A stretch of 19,033 bases of DNA, taken from positions 1 to 19,033 of IMG/VR virus record IMGVR_UViG_2681813004_000005; one strand, 5' to 3'. This document shows, one piece after another, positions 7,271-14,825 of this stretch. Position 1 is the first letter of the stretch, and every line of letters starts with the position of its first letter. The position numbers were made by a program, and so were the translations under genes. The notes beneath the pieces were generated by a model. That model worked only from the letters and a program-made list of their open reading frames with translations, was not told where the DNA came from and ran no database searches. This stretch comes from a virus. Its lineage: Duplodnaviria > Heunggongvirae > Uroviricota > Caudoviricetes.

Positions 7271-7295
7271 TAACCCGCTAACCCGCATAACCCGC
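7271..7295. repeat. Three tandem copies of TAACCCGC (reverse complement of GCGGGTTA) at 8-9 bp spacing
   Basis: Copies at 7271, 7279, 7288. With the 7143-7193 array they form an inverted pair around an AT-rich core of about 75 bp (7194-7270). Confidence 0.85.
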
Positions 7296-7571
7296 ACTGT
7301 TTTGTATATATATACGAAAAATTGCATTCAGGGGGGTGATCGAAATTTCTACTGCCTCTTATCTCTTTGAGTGCTCACCTCGTCAGATTGTTACACACAA
7401 GAAATAAAAAATGCTTCGCGATGGTAGGTCGAATCACTGTATCAAAAAACGGTGTGTATCAGCATTAAAACAATACAGATACGTGTATTGCGCTGTGTAT
7501 TGCTTGATGATTTATAAAGACTGTTTTTTCATGTTAAACGATTGATATACAGGTGATTTTAAAAAACTTGA

Positions 7572-8315
7572 AATATTCTTACCAAACACATGAATGTGTG
7601 GGTCACTGCCGAGTCTGCCTGGATGGACATGATTAAGTGGGAGAAATGCGAATACATTGCCCCACGACATGAGCTGAAAACGTATCCCATGTGGGTCGGC
7701 GTTGACCTTGCTCATAAGATTGATATCTGTGCGGCGGCAAAACTCTGGCGAACGGATAACGGGCATGTTCATGCCGATTTTAAATTCTGGCTCCCGGAAG
7801 GACGGCTGGAACGATGCTCGCGGCAGCAGGCAGAACTTTACCGGAAGTGGGCGGAGATGGATAAGCTGATTCTGACGGATGGTGATGTTATCGATCATGC
7901 TCAGATAAAAAGTGACTTACTGGAATGGATTGGTGGTGAAAACCTCAGGGAACTGGGATTTGACCCGTGGAGCGCGATGCAGTTCAGCCTGGCACTGGCT
8001 GAAGAAGGGATACCGCTGGTGGAGGTTCCGCAGACGGTTCGCAATCTGTCAGAGGCCATGAAGGAAACGGAATCACTGGTCTATGCCGGACGTTTCCATC
8101 ACAGCAATCATCCGGTCATGAACTGGATGATGTCTAACGTTACGGTAAAACCGGACAAAAACGACAATATCTTCCCGAATAAATCCACGCCGGAAGCCAA
8201 AATCGACGGCCCTGTTGCGATGTTTACAGCGATGAGCCGGATGCTGGTCAATGGTGGTGAACCGGAGCCGGATCTGTCTGAACATCTGGTCAGCGTGGGC
8301 ATCCGCTCGCTTTAA
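7572..8315 (+). pseudogene. terL: 5'-truncated terminase large subunit (C-terminal nuclease-domain remnant only)
   Basis: Frame is open only from 7572 (TGA at 7569-7571). The 241 aa from ATG 7590 align with the C-terminal part of the unit-1 TerL (LYRKWAEMDKLILTDGDVIDH vs IYRQWAKSGWIRTTPGDCIDY; HPVMNWMMSNV vs DPVLAWSMSNV). ATPase domain and upstream terS are absent; AT-rich non-coding DNA lies upstream. Confidence 0.8.
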
Positions 8316-8326
8316 CCGAGGTCATT

Positions 8327-8509
8327 ATGTTTCTGATAATTCTCGCGCCACTGGTGGGCGTGCTGGGTGCGCTTTTGCTGGCGTATGGTGCCTGGCTGAT
8401 TTATCCCCCGGCGGGTTTTGTTGTTGCCGGGGTGCTGTGCCTGTTCTGGTCGTGGCTGGTGGCGCGATATCTCGACCGTACACAGCCGTCTGTCGGCGGA
8501 GGTAAATAG
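8327..8509 (+). CDS. Small hydrophobic protein, two predicted transmembrane helices
   Basis: 60 aa, GAGG RBS 6 nt upstream; two hydrophobic segments ([23 protein letters not shown] and [16 protein letters not shown]). Confidence 0.5.
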   Translation: MFLIILAPLVGVLGALLLAYGAWLIYPPAGFVVAGVLCLFWSWLVARYLDRTQPSVGGGK

Positions 8510-9750
8510 TGTTCTTTTCGGGATTATTTCAACGAAAAAGTGACGCGCCGGTGACCACGCCAGCAGAGCTGGCGGATGCCATCGGGTTGTCTTACGACAC
8601 CTATACCGGAAAGCAGATCAGCAGTCAGCGAGCCATGCGACTGACGGCGGTTTTTTCCTGCGTCAGAGTGCTGGCAGAGTCGGTCGGGATGTTGCCCTGC
8701 AATCTGTATCACCTGAACGGCAGCCTGAAACAGAGGGCCACCGGCGAACGTCTGCATAAGCTGATCTCCACGCATCCCAATGGCTATATGACGCCGCAGG
8801 AGTTCTGGGAGCTGGTGGTCACCTGTCTGTGCCTGAAGGGAAACTTTTACGCCTACAAAGTGAAAGCATTTGGCGAAGTGGCTGAACTGCTGCCCGTCGA
8901 TCCCGGTTGTGTGGTACCGAAGCTTAACAGTCGCTGGGAGCCGGTCTATCAGGTCACATTCCCGGACGGTTCCACGGATGTACTGAGCCAGGAAGATATC
9001 TGGCATGTGCGCACGCTGACGCTGGACGGTCTGGTGGGACTGAATCCCGTCGCCTATGCCCGCGAGGCAATATCGCTGGCAGCAGCGACCGAAGAGCACG
9101 GGGCCAGACTGTTCAGCAATGGTGCGGTGACGTCCGGTGTGTTGCGTACAGAACAGACGCTGTCGGATCAGGCTTATGAGCGCCTGAAGAAAGATTTTGA
9201 GGAGCGTCACACCGGGCTTGGCAATGCTCACCGCCCGATGATCCTTGAGATGGGGCTGGACTGGAAGTCGATGGCGCTGAACGCTGAGGACAGCCAGTTC
9301 CTGGAAACCCGCAAGTTTCAGCTTGAAGAAATCTGTCGTCTGTTCCGGGTGCCGTTGCACATGGTGCAGAACACCGATCGCGCCACCTTCAACAATATCG
9401 AAGAGCTGGGGCTGGGATTTATCAACTATTCACTGGTGCCGTATCTGACCCGCATCGAACAGCGGATCAACACCGGACTGGTACGAAAAAGTAAGCAGGG
9501 CGTTTATTACGCCAAATTTAACGCCGGGGCGTTACTGCGCGGGGATATGAAGTCCCGTTTTGAAGCCTACGCCACCGGGATCAACTGGGGAATTTACTCT
9601 CCCAATGACTGCCGCGACCTGGAAGATATGAATCCGCGTCCCGGTGGGGATGTCTATCTCACACCGATGAACATGACCACGAAACCCTCCGATGGCAGTA
9701 AAGCCGGTAAGCAGAAGGATAACGCCAATGCAGACGAAACAACGTCTTGA
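8509..9750 (+). CDS. Portal protein, HK97 family (prophage)
   Basis: 413 aa. GTG start at 8509 overlapping the upstream stop, GGAGG RBS. Homologous to the unit-1 portal. Confidence 0.85.
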   Translation: MFFSGLFQRKSDAPVTTPAELADAIGLSYDTYTGKQISSQRAMRLTAVFSCVRVLAESVGMLPCNLYHLNGSLKQRATGERLHKLISTHPNGYMTPQEFWELVVTCLCLKGNFYAYKVKAFGEVAELLPVDPGCVVPKLNSRWEPVYQVTFPDGSTDVLSQEDIWHVRTLTLDGLVGLNPVAYAREAISLAAATEEHGARLFSNGAVTSGVLRTEQTLSDQAYERLKKDFEERHTGLGNAHRPMILEMGLDWKSMALNAEDSQFLETRKFQLEEICRLFRVPLHMVQNTDRATFNNIEELGLGFINYSLVPYLTRIEQRINTGLVRKSKQGVYYAKFNAGALLRGDMKSRFEAYATGINWGIYSPNDCRDLEDMNPRPGGDVYLTPMNMTTKPSDGSKAGKQKDNANADETTS

Positions 9751-10378
9751 TGTACCGCTGAGTCTGAAATCTGTCAGTGACTCAGGTGAGTTTGAAGGGT
9801 ATGGCTCCGTCTTTGGTGTAAAGGACAGTCACGATGATGTGGTGATGTCCGGGGCATTTGCTGCTTCCCTGCGGGCGTGGAGTGACAGAAAAGCGTTACC
9901 TGCGCTGCTCTGGCAGCACCGCATGGATGAACCCATCGGTGTTTACACCGAAATGAAGGAAGACGATGTCGGGCTTTACGTCAGGGGACGGTTGCTTATT
10001 GATGATGATCCCCTCGCAAAACGCGCACATGCACACATGAAGGCCGGTTCGTTAACCGGCCTTTCTATTGGGTACGTCCTGAAAGACTGGGAATACGACC
10101 GGAGCAAAGAAGCCTTTCTGCTGAAAGAAATCGACCTCTGGGAAGTCAGCCTGGTGACGTTCCCGTCTAACGACGAGGCGCGGATCAGCGACGTCAAGAA
10201 CGCACTGGCCCGCGGGGAAATCCCCGAACAGAAAAAAATTGAAAGAGTCCTGCGTGATGTCGGACTCTCCCGTACCCAGGCCAAAGCATTCATGGCCGGG
10301 GGCTATGGCGCACTGTCCCTGCGCGACGCTGAGGATGTGGGCTCTGCACTGAATGCACTGAAAAATCTGAACTTCTAA
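9728..10378 (+). CDS. Prohead maturation protease, HK97 family (prophage)
   Basis: ATG at 9728 with AAGGA RBS; overlaps the portal 3' end. The track ORF from 9692 is an upstream extension. Position between portal and capsid. Confidence 0.75.
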   Translation: MQTKQRLDVPLSLKSVSDSGEFEGYGSVFGVKDSHDDVVMSGAFAASLRAWSDRKALPALLWQHRMDEPIGVYTEMKEDDVGLYVRGRLLIDDDPLAKRAHAHMKAGSLTGLSIGYVLKDWEYDRSKEAFLLKEIDLWEVSLVTFPSNDEARISDVKNALARGEIPEQKKIERVLRDVGLSRTQAKAFMAGGYGALSLRDAEDVGSALNALKNLNF

Positions 10379-10392
10379 TCAGGAGAAATACG

Positions 10393-11598
10393 ATGGCGGT
10401 TGATATTAAAGATGTCGAACAGGTCGCGCAGGAGCTGCAGCAGAAGTTTGACGACTTCAAAGCAAAGAACGACAAGCGCGTGGATGCGATTGAGCAGGAA
10501 AAAGGCAAACTTGCCGGGCAGGTGGAAACCCTGAACGGGAAACTCAGCGAGCTGGAAAACCTCAAAAGCGATCTTGAAAAAGAGCTGCTTGAGCTGAAAC
10601 GTCCGGCAGGTGGTGCGCAGAATAAACTGGCCACCGAGCATAAAGAAGCGTTTGTGGGCTTCCTGCGTAAAGGCCGTGAAGATGGTCTGCGCGATCTGGA
10701 GCGTAAGGCATTACAGGTGGGCACCGATGAAGACGGTGGCTATGCCGTGCCGGAAGCGCTGGATCGCAACATTCTTAACCTGCTGAAAGATGAAGTGGTG
10801 ATGCGCCAGGAAGCCACGGTGATCACCGTTGGCGGTTCCGACTACAAAAAACTGGTGAATCTGGGCGGTACGGCTTCCGGATGGGTTGGCGAGACTGACG
10901 CGCGCTCCCAGACTGCCACTTCCAGACTGGGGCTGATTGAACCTTTCATGGGGGAAATCTACGGTAACCCGCAGGCCACCCAGAAAATGCTGGATGATGC
11001 CTTTTTCAACGTGGAGGCCTGGATCAACAGCGAGCTGGCAACCGAATTTGCCGAACAGGAAGAAATTGCCTTTACCACCGGCGATGGTACCAAGAAGCCG
11101 AAAGGGTTCCTGGCGTATGAATCCACTGATGAAACCGACAAGGTCCGGGCGTTCGGCAAACTTCAGCATATTGTATCCGGCGAAGCGACGACGGTGACTG
11201 CAGATGCTATTATCAAACTGATTTACACGCTGCGTAAGGCACACCGCACCGGCGCGAAGTTCATGATGAACAACAACAGCCTGTTTGCCATTCGTCTGCT
11301 GAAAGACACCGAGGGTAACTATCTGTGGCGTCCGGGGCTGGAGCTGGGGCAGCCGTCCTCTCTGGCGGGTTACGGTATCGCTGAAAACGAACAGATGCCG
11401 GATATTGCCGCTGATGCGAAAGCCATTGCATTTGGTAACTTCAAACGGGGTTACACCATCGTTGACCGTATCGGTACCCGCATTCTGCGTGACCCGTACA
11501 CCAATAAACCGTTTGTCGGTTTTTATACCACCAAGCGCACCGGCGGCATGCTGGTCGATTCGCAGGCCATCAAACTGCTGAAGATTGCAGCGGCGTAA
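10393..11598 (+). CDS. Major capsid protein, HK97 fold with delta domain (prophage)
   Basis: 401 aa. AGGAG RBS. Coiled-coil N-terminus, C-terminal motifs shared with the unit-1 capsid protein. Followed by a hairpin. Confidence 0.9.
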   Translation: MAVDIKDVEQVAQELQQKFDDFKAKNDKRVDAIEQEKGKLAGQVETLNGKLSELENLKSDLEKELLELKRPAGGAQNKLATEHKEAFVGFLRKGREDGLRDLERKALQVGTDEDGGYAVPEALDRNILNLLKDEVVMRQEATVITVGGSDYKKLVNLGGTASGWVGETDARSQTATSRLGLIEPFMGEIYGNPQATQKMLDDAFFNVEAWINSELATEFAEQEEIAFTTGDGTKKPKGFLAYESTDETDKVRAFGKLQHIVSGEATTVTADAIIKLIYTLRKAHRTGAKFMMNNNSLFAIRLLKDTEGNYLWRPGLELGQPSSLAGYGIAENEQMPDIAADAKAIAFGNFKRGYTIVDRIGTRILRDPYTNKPFVGFYTTKRTGGMLVDSQAIKLLKIAAA

Positions 11599-11603
11599 TC
11601 ATT

Positions 11604-11632
11604 CAGGGGGCGCAGAAGTGCGCCCCTGTTCT
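11604..11632 (+). terminator. Probable terminator or attenuator after the prophage capsid gene
   Basis: GGGGGCGCA / GAAG / TGCGCCCC stem (about 8 bp) followed by a weak TTCT tract. Confidence 0.4.
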
Positions 11633-11648
11633 GACAGGTGAAAGAATC

Positions 11649-11837
11649 ATGATCCTGAAACAAGATCTGAAATGGTCACCGGACGGTATGCGTGTTGAGA
11701 TTATTCGGGCCGGTGAGTATGAAGATAAAGAATTACCCGAACGGGTACGCGAAATTGCCACTGCAGCTGGGATTGTCTCTGATAAGAGAACACCTGTTGC
11801 GCGGGGGGCTGATAAGTCTAAAAAACAGCATTCATAG
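11649..11837 (+). CDS. Hypothetical small protein (62 aa)
   Basis: ATG preceded by AGGTG; fills the capsid-connector gap. No motif recognised. Confidence 0.4.
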   Translation: MILKQDLKWSPDGMRVEIIRAGEYEDKELPERVREIATAAGIVSDKRTPVARGADKSKKQHS

Positions 11838-11848
11838 AGGTTGCCCAA

Positions 11849-12154
11849 ATGATGCCCACTCTGGAAGAGCTTCGTGTTCAGTGCCGGATTGATGATGACA
11901 ATGAACAGGAGAATTCTCTTCTTATGATGTATCTGGCTGCTGCCAGGGAAGAGGCTGAAAAGTTTTTAAACCGGACGCTTTACGATGAAACTGTTTCTGA
12001 GCAGGATACGACCGGGCTTGTAATAACACCTCTGATAAAGCTGCGTCTTATGCAACTGGTTGGCTACTGGTACGAGAACAGGGAAATGCAGGATGCAGTG
12101 CCTGATTTTTTCTATACCGGACTGCGGATGTATCGGTTTCATCCCGGAACATAG
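11849..12154 (+). CDS. Head-tail connector, gp6-like (prophage)
   Basis: AGAGG RBS 8 nt upstream. N-terminal TLEELRVQCRID motif shared with the unit-1 connector. Confidence 0.7.
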   Translation: MMPTLEELRVQCRIDDDNEQENSLLMMYLAAAREEAEKFLNRTLYDETVSEQDTTGLVITPLIKLRLMQLVGYWYENREMQDAVPDFFYTGLRMYRFHPGT

Positions 12155-12162
12155 GAGGATTC

Positions 12163-12501
12163 ATGCAGGCAGGAAGATTACGTGATCGTGTGGTTATTCT
12201 GAATGCCACCACCGTTCGGTCTCCATCAGGGCACCCTGTGGAAACAATGACGGAGGGGGCAACCATATGGGCAGAAGTTAAGGGGATCAGTGGCAGGGAG
12301 AGAATATCCGGAGGCGCAGAAACTGCTCAGGCTACAGTGAGGGTCTGGATGAGATTCCGGCGAGATGTGACAGCAACTTCATGTCTGAAAGTGCTGACTG
12401 GTGCATTCAAAGGCGCGATTCTGAGTATAGACGGTCCGCCGATACCGGATGCCCGTGCCACCCGGCTTGAGATACTCTGTTCTCAGAAGGGGAATGTGTG
12501 A
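12163..12501 (+). CDS. Head-tail adaptor / head closure protein (prophage)
   Basis: 112 aa, strong RBS (AGGAGG). About 59% identical by hand count to the unit-1 adaptor at 3228-3566. Confidence 0.8.
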   Translation: MQAGRLRDRVVILNATTVRSPSGHPVETMTEGATIWAEVKGISGRERISGGAETAQATVRVWMRFRRDVTATSCLKVLTGAFKGAILSIDGPPIPDARATRLEILCSQKGNV

Positions 12502-12947
12502 TGGATTTCAGTCTTGATTTTTCAGGTCTGGCGGATATTGCACGGGATCTGGAGACGCTCAGCAGGGCAGAAAATAATAAGGTACTGCGCGATGCCACCC
12601 GTGCCGGTGCTGAAGTTATGCGGGATGCTGTTGTTGAACGTGCGCCGGAGCGAACCGGAAAACTGAAAAAAAATGTGGTTGTTCTCACTCAGCGTTCAAA
12701 GCGTCGGGGGGAAATTATCTCGGGTGTCCACATTCGCGGACGGAACCTGCGAACCGGAAACAGTGATAACAGCATGAAAGCCAGTGATCCCCGAAATGCG
12801 TTTTACTGGCGCTTTGTGGAGCTGGGAACGATAAACATGCCCGCGCATCCGTTCATTCGCCCGGCTTTCGATACGACAGAGGAACTGGCAGCACAGATTG
12901 CCATACAGCGAATGAATCAGGCTATTGATGAGGTCTTAAGTAAATGA
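12498..12947 (+). CDS. HK97 gp10-family neck / tail-attachment protein
   Basis: Conserved HPFIRPA motif typical of the gp10 family. GTG at 12498 or ATG at 12501, overlapping the upstream stop. Confidence 0.65.
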   Translation: MMDFSLDFSGLADIARDLETLSRAENNKVLRDATRAGAEVMRDAVVERAPERTGKLKKNVVVLTQRSKRRGEIISGVHIRGRNLRTGNSDNSMKASDPRNAFYWRFVELGTINMPAHPFIRPAFDTTEELAAQIAIQRMNQAIDEVLSK

Positions 12948-13288
12948 GAGAGGCCACACTGTATTCCCTGCTGTCTCAACTGGCCGGAGGACAGGTTTAT
13001 CCTTATGTGGTCCTGCTGACGGAGGGAAAGCCTGCGGTATCTCCGCCGTGGCTGGTGTTTTCTGTGGTGTCTGACACGGCATCTGATGTGCTTGATGGTC
13101 AGGCTGAATCCAGAATTACCGTGCAGATCGATGTCTGGGCGACAGTACCTGATGACGCAGATGATATCCGTGAGCAGGCGCTTGATGCGGTAAGGCAACT
13201 GGCACCCTCCGTTATTTCTAAAACGCAGGGTTATGATCCTGATTCCCGTCTGAGCAGAGCCACGCTTGAATTTCAGGTAATAGCCTGA
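12944..13288 (+). CDS. Tail completion / tail-terminator-like protein (DUF3168-like)
   Basis: 114 aa. ATGA overlap with the upstream gene. Call rests mainly on position between the neck and major tail genes. Confidence 0.5.
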   Translation: MREATLYSLLSQLAGGQVYPYVVLLTEGKPAVSPPWLVFSVVSDTASDVLDGQAESRITVQIDVWATVPDDADDIREQALDAVRQLAPSVISKTQGYDPDSRLSRATLEFQVIA

Positions 13289-13373
13289 GGTCGTTAATGA
13301 TTTTACCCACCCGCCGCTGGCGGGCTTGCCTGAGGTCGTTAATGATTTTCCCCACCCGCCGCTGGCGGGTTTT
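13284..13373. repeat. Tandem duplication of a 45-bp unit, each copy with a GC hairpin (CCCGCC ... GGCGGG)
   Basis: Unit 13284-13328 and unit 13329-13373 are near-identical (one indel). The first overlaps the stop codon of the 12944-13288 gene. Confidence 0.85.
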
Positions 13374-13380
13374 TTTATTT
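13354..13380 (+). terminator. Rho-independent terminator within the second repeat copy
   Basis: ACCCGCC / GCT / GGCGGGT stem followed by TTTTTTATTT. The first copy has the same stem but no T tract. Confidence 0.65.
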
Positions 13381-13393
13381 TCAGGAGACGAGT

Positions 13394-14098
13394 ATGTCCT
13401 CTAATTTTGAACGTTCTCAGCAGACCAAAGTCATGATCTCGTCTGCACCGGTAACGGCAGAAACGCTGAGTTCTGCCAGTTTTCTTGAACTGAGCTGTAC
13501 GATTAAAGAGGTTCAGTTTACCGCCGGGCAGAAACAGGATATTGATGTCACCACGCTGTGTTCTGTTGAGCAGGAAAATATTAACGGTCTTGGCGCCGCG
13601 TCAGAGATTTCCATGTCAGGCAACTTTTATCTGAATGCTGCCCAGAACGCGTTGCGCAGTGCCTATGACAATGACACCACGTATGGCTTTAAAGTTATTT
13701 TTCCGTCAGGCAACGGATTTACCTTTATGGCAGAGGTGCGTCAGCATACCTGGTCTGCAGGAACCAATGGAGTTGTGGCTGCAACGTTTTCCCTGCGCCT
13801 GAAAGGTAAACCTGTACTGACGACAGAGCCACTGAAAGTGAAGGTCGATTTAAACAGCACGCTGCAGGTTTCTGCCGGAGCGAAACTCGAAATGGTGGTT
13901 GAGGCTGCCGGTGGTGTGCCGCCTTATTCTTATGTCTGGAAGAAAGGTGGTTCTCCTGTTTCCGGACAGACGGCGGCAACGTTCAGTAAGGCATCCGCAG
14001 TATCCGGTGATGCCGGTGCGTATACCTGCGAGATTTCTGATTCAGCAAGCCCGGTTAGCAAGGTGACCTCCACTTCCTGCACTGTTACCGTCAGTTAA
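13394..14098 (+). CDS. Major tail (tube) protein with C-terminal Ig-like domain
   Basis: 234 aa. AGGAG RBS. C-terminal roughly 90 aa looks like an Ig-like domain (GVPPYSYVWKKGG ... GAYTCEISD), as in lambda V-type tail tube proteins. Position before the G/GT chaperone. Confidence 0.75.
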   Translation: MSSNFERSQQTKVMISSAPVTAETLSSASFLELSCTIKEVQFTAGQKQDIDVTTLCSVEQENINGLGAASEISMSGNFYLNAAQNALRSAYDNDTTYGFKVIFPSGNGFTFMAEVRQHTWSAGTNGVVAATFSLRLKGKPVLTTEPLKVKVDLNSTLQVSAGAKLEMVVEAAGGVPPYSYVWKKGGSPVSGQTAATFSKASAVSGDAGAYTCEISDSASPVSKVTSTSCTVTVS

Positions 14099-14112
14099 TG
14101 AGGATAGATGTG

Positions 14113-14484
14113 ATGACTAAAAATATCCGTAATCTGGCACTGGCAACGATGTCGGGGTTTCGCCATAAAACCGTTGATGTGCCTGAATGGGAAGGGGCAA
14201 CGGTTGTATTACGGGAACCTTCTGCAGAAGCCTGGTTGCGCTGGCAGGAGATCGTTAAAGCAAAAGATGATGAGACACCGTTATCCGTTGCGGAGCGCGC
14301 CCGCCGAAATCTGGAGGCAGATGTTGAACTGTTCATTGATGTTCTGTGTGATACCGGACTGCAACCTGTATTTTCAGAGGATGATCGTGAACAGGTGATT
14401 GCCGTGTATGGCCCGGTGCATGCGCGGCTTCTTCGGCAGTCTCTGGAACTGATCAGTGATGCCGGCGAGGTTAAAAAAAAGTAG
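14113..14484 (+). CDS. Tail assembly chaperone (lambda G-like)
   Basis: ATG 14113 with GAGGA RBS (alternative ATG 14098 overlaps the upstream stop). Ends just after an A_AAA_AAG slippery heptamer. Position between the major tail and tape measure genes. Confidence 0.7.
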   Translation: MTKNIRNLALATMSGFRHKTVDVPEWEGATVVLREPSAEAWLRWQEIVKAKDDETPLSVAERARRNLEADVELFIDVLCDTGLQPVFSEDDREQVIAVYGPVHARLLRQSLELISDAGEVKKK

Positions 14485-14786
14485 CGCTTCCGGGGATGCG
14501 TTTTCTGATGATGCTGGCGCTCAGGATGGGGCGCACATTGTCAGAGTTACGCCGGGAAATGTCCGCATCAGAAATCATGATGTGGGCAGAATTTGACAGG
14601 TTCAGCCCGCTGGGTGATGAGCGGGCTGATATCCGGGCTGCCCAGATAGTTTCTGCGGTTTACGGTGCGCAGGGTGTCAAAGTACCACTGAATGATGCGC
14701 TTCTTCAGTGGGAACAAGAGCAGACAGAAGGCGCCTCAGATCCATTTGCCGGACTGGAAAACGCGCTTTTAATAGTGTCTCAGTGA
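14113..14786 (+). CDS. Tail assembly chaperone frameshift fusion (lambda GT-like), made by -1 programmed frameshift at 14475-14481
   Basis: The -1 frame is closed by TAA at 14472-14474, open from 14475 and continues to the stop at 14784-14786. A slip on A_AAA_AAG joins the two frames as ...GEVKKK-VALPGMRFLMM... Confidence 0.6.
14475..14481 (+). other. Slippery heptamer A_AAA_AAG for -1 programmed ribosomal frameshift
   Basis: Read directly; lies within an A8 run, immediately before the TAG stop of the G-like ORF. Confidence 0.65.
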
Positions 14787-14794
14787 GTCAACAT

Positions 14795-14816
14795 AACCGC
14801 TTCGGCGGTTTTTTTC
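14795..14816 (+). terminator. Short hairpin plus T tract between the GT chaperone and tape measure genes (possible attenuator)
   Basis: AACCGC / TTCG tetraloop / GCGGTT followed by TTTTT. Confidence 0.4.
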
Positions 14817-14825
14817 GTCCGGAGA

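Noticed and set aside
6891-7295. Possible CRISPR array suggested by the many short repeats
   Set aside because: Repeat units are 6-10 bp with 4-15 bp gaps, far shorter than CRISPR repeats and spacers, and occur as several different motifs. They are binding-site arrays, not CRISPR.
7424-7445. tRNA T-loop-like string GGTCGAATC
   Set aside because: No flanking complementary T-stem, no acceptor stem and no CCA-proximal structure could be built. Not a tRNA or tRNA fragment.
8524-9360. 278-aa ORF on the minus strand
   Set aside because: Entirely antisense to the well-supported portal gene, with no RBS or recognisable motifs. It is a shadow ORF. The same applies to the other minus-strand ORFs in the track (for example 3419-3949, 4474-4971, 10290-10724, 10711-11244).
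9692-9727. Upstream start of the prophage protease ORF
   Set aside because: It would overlap the portal by about 60 nt. ATG 9728 has a better RBS and gives an N-terminus of comparable length to the unit-1 protease.
11692-11892. 66-aa ORF overlapping the small gene at 11649-11837 and the connector start
   Set aside because: It overlaps two ORFs with better translation signals, and its frame conflicts with the connector start at 11849.
14174-14398. 74-aa ORF in an alternative frame inside the G-like chaperone gene
   Set aside because: Fully nested in a better-supported gene, no RBS, low-complexity product.
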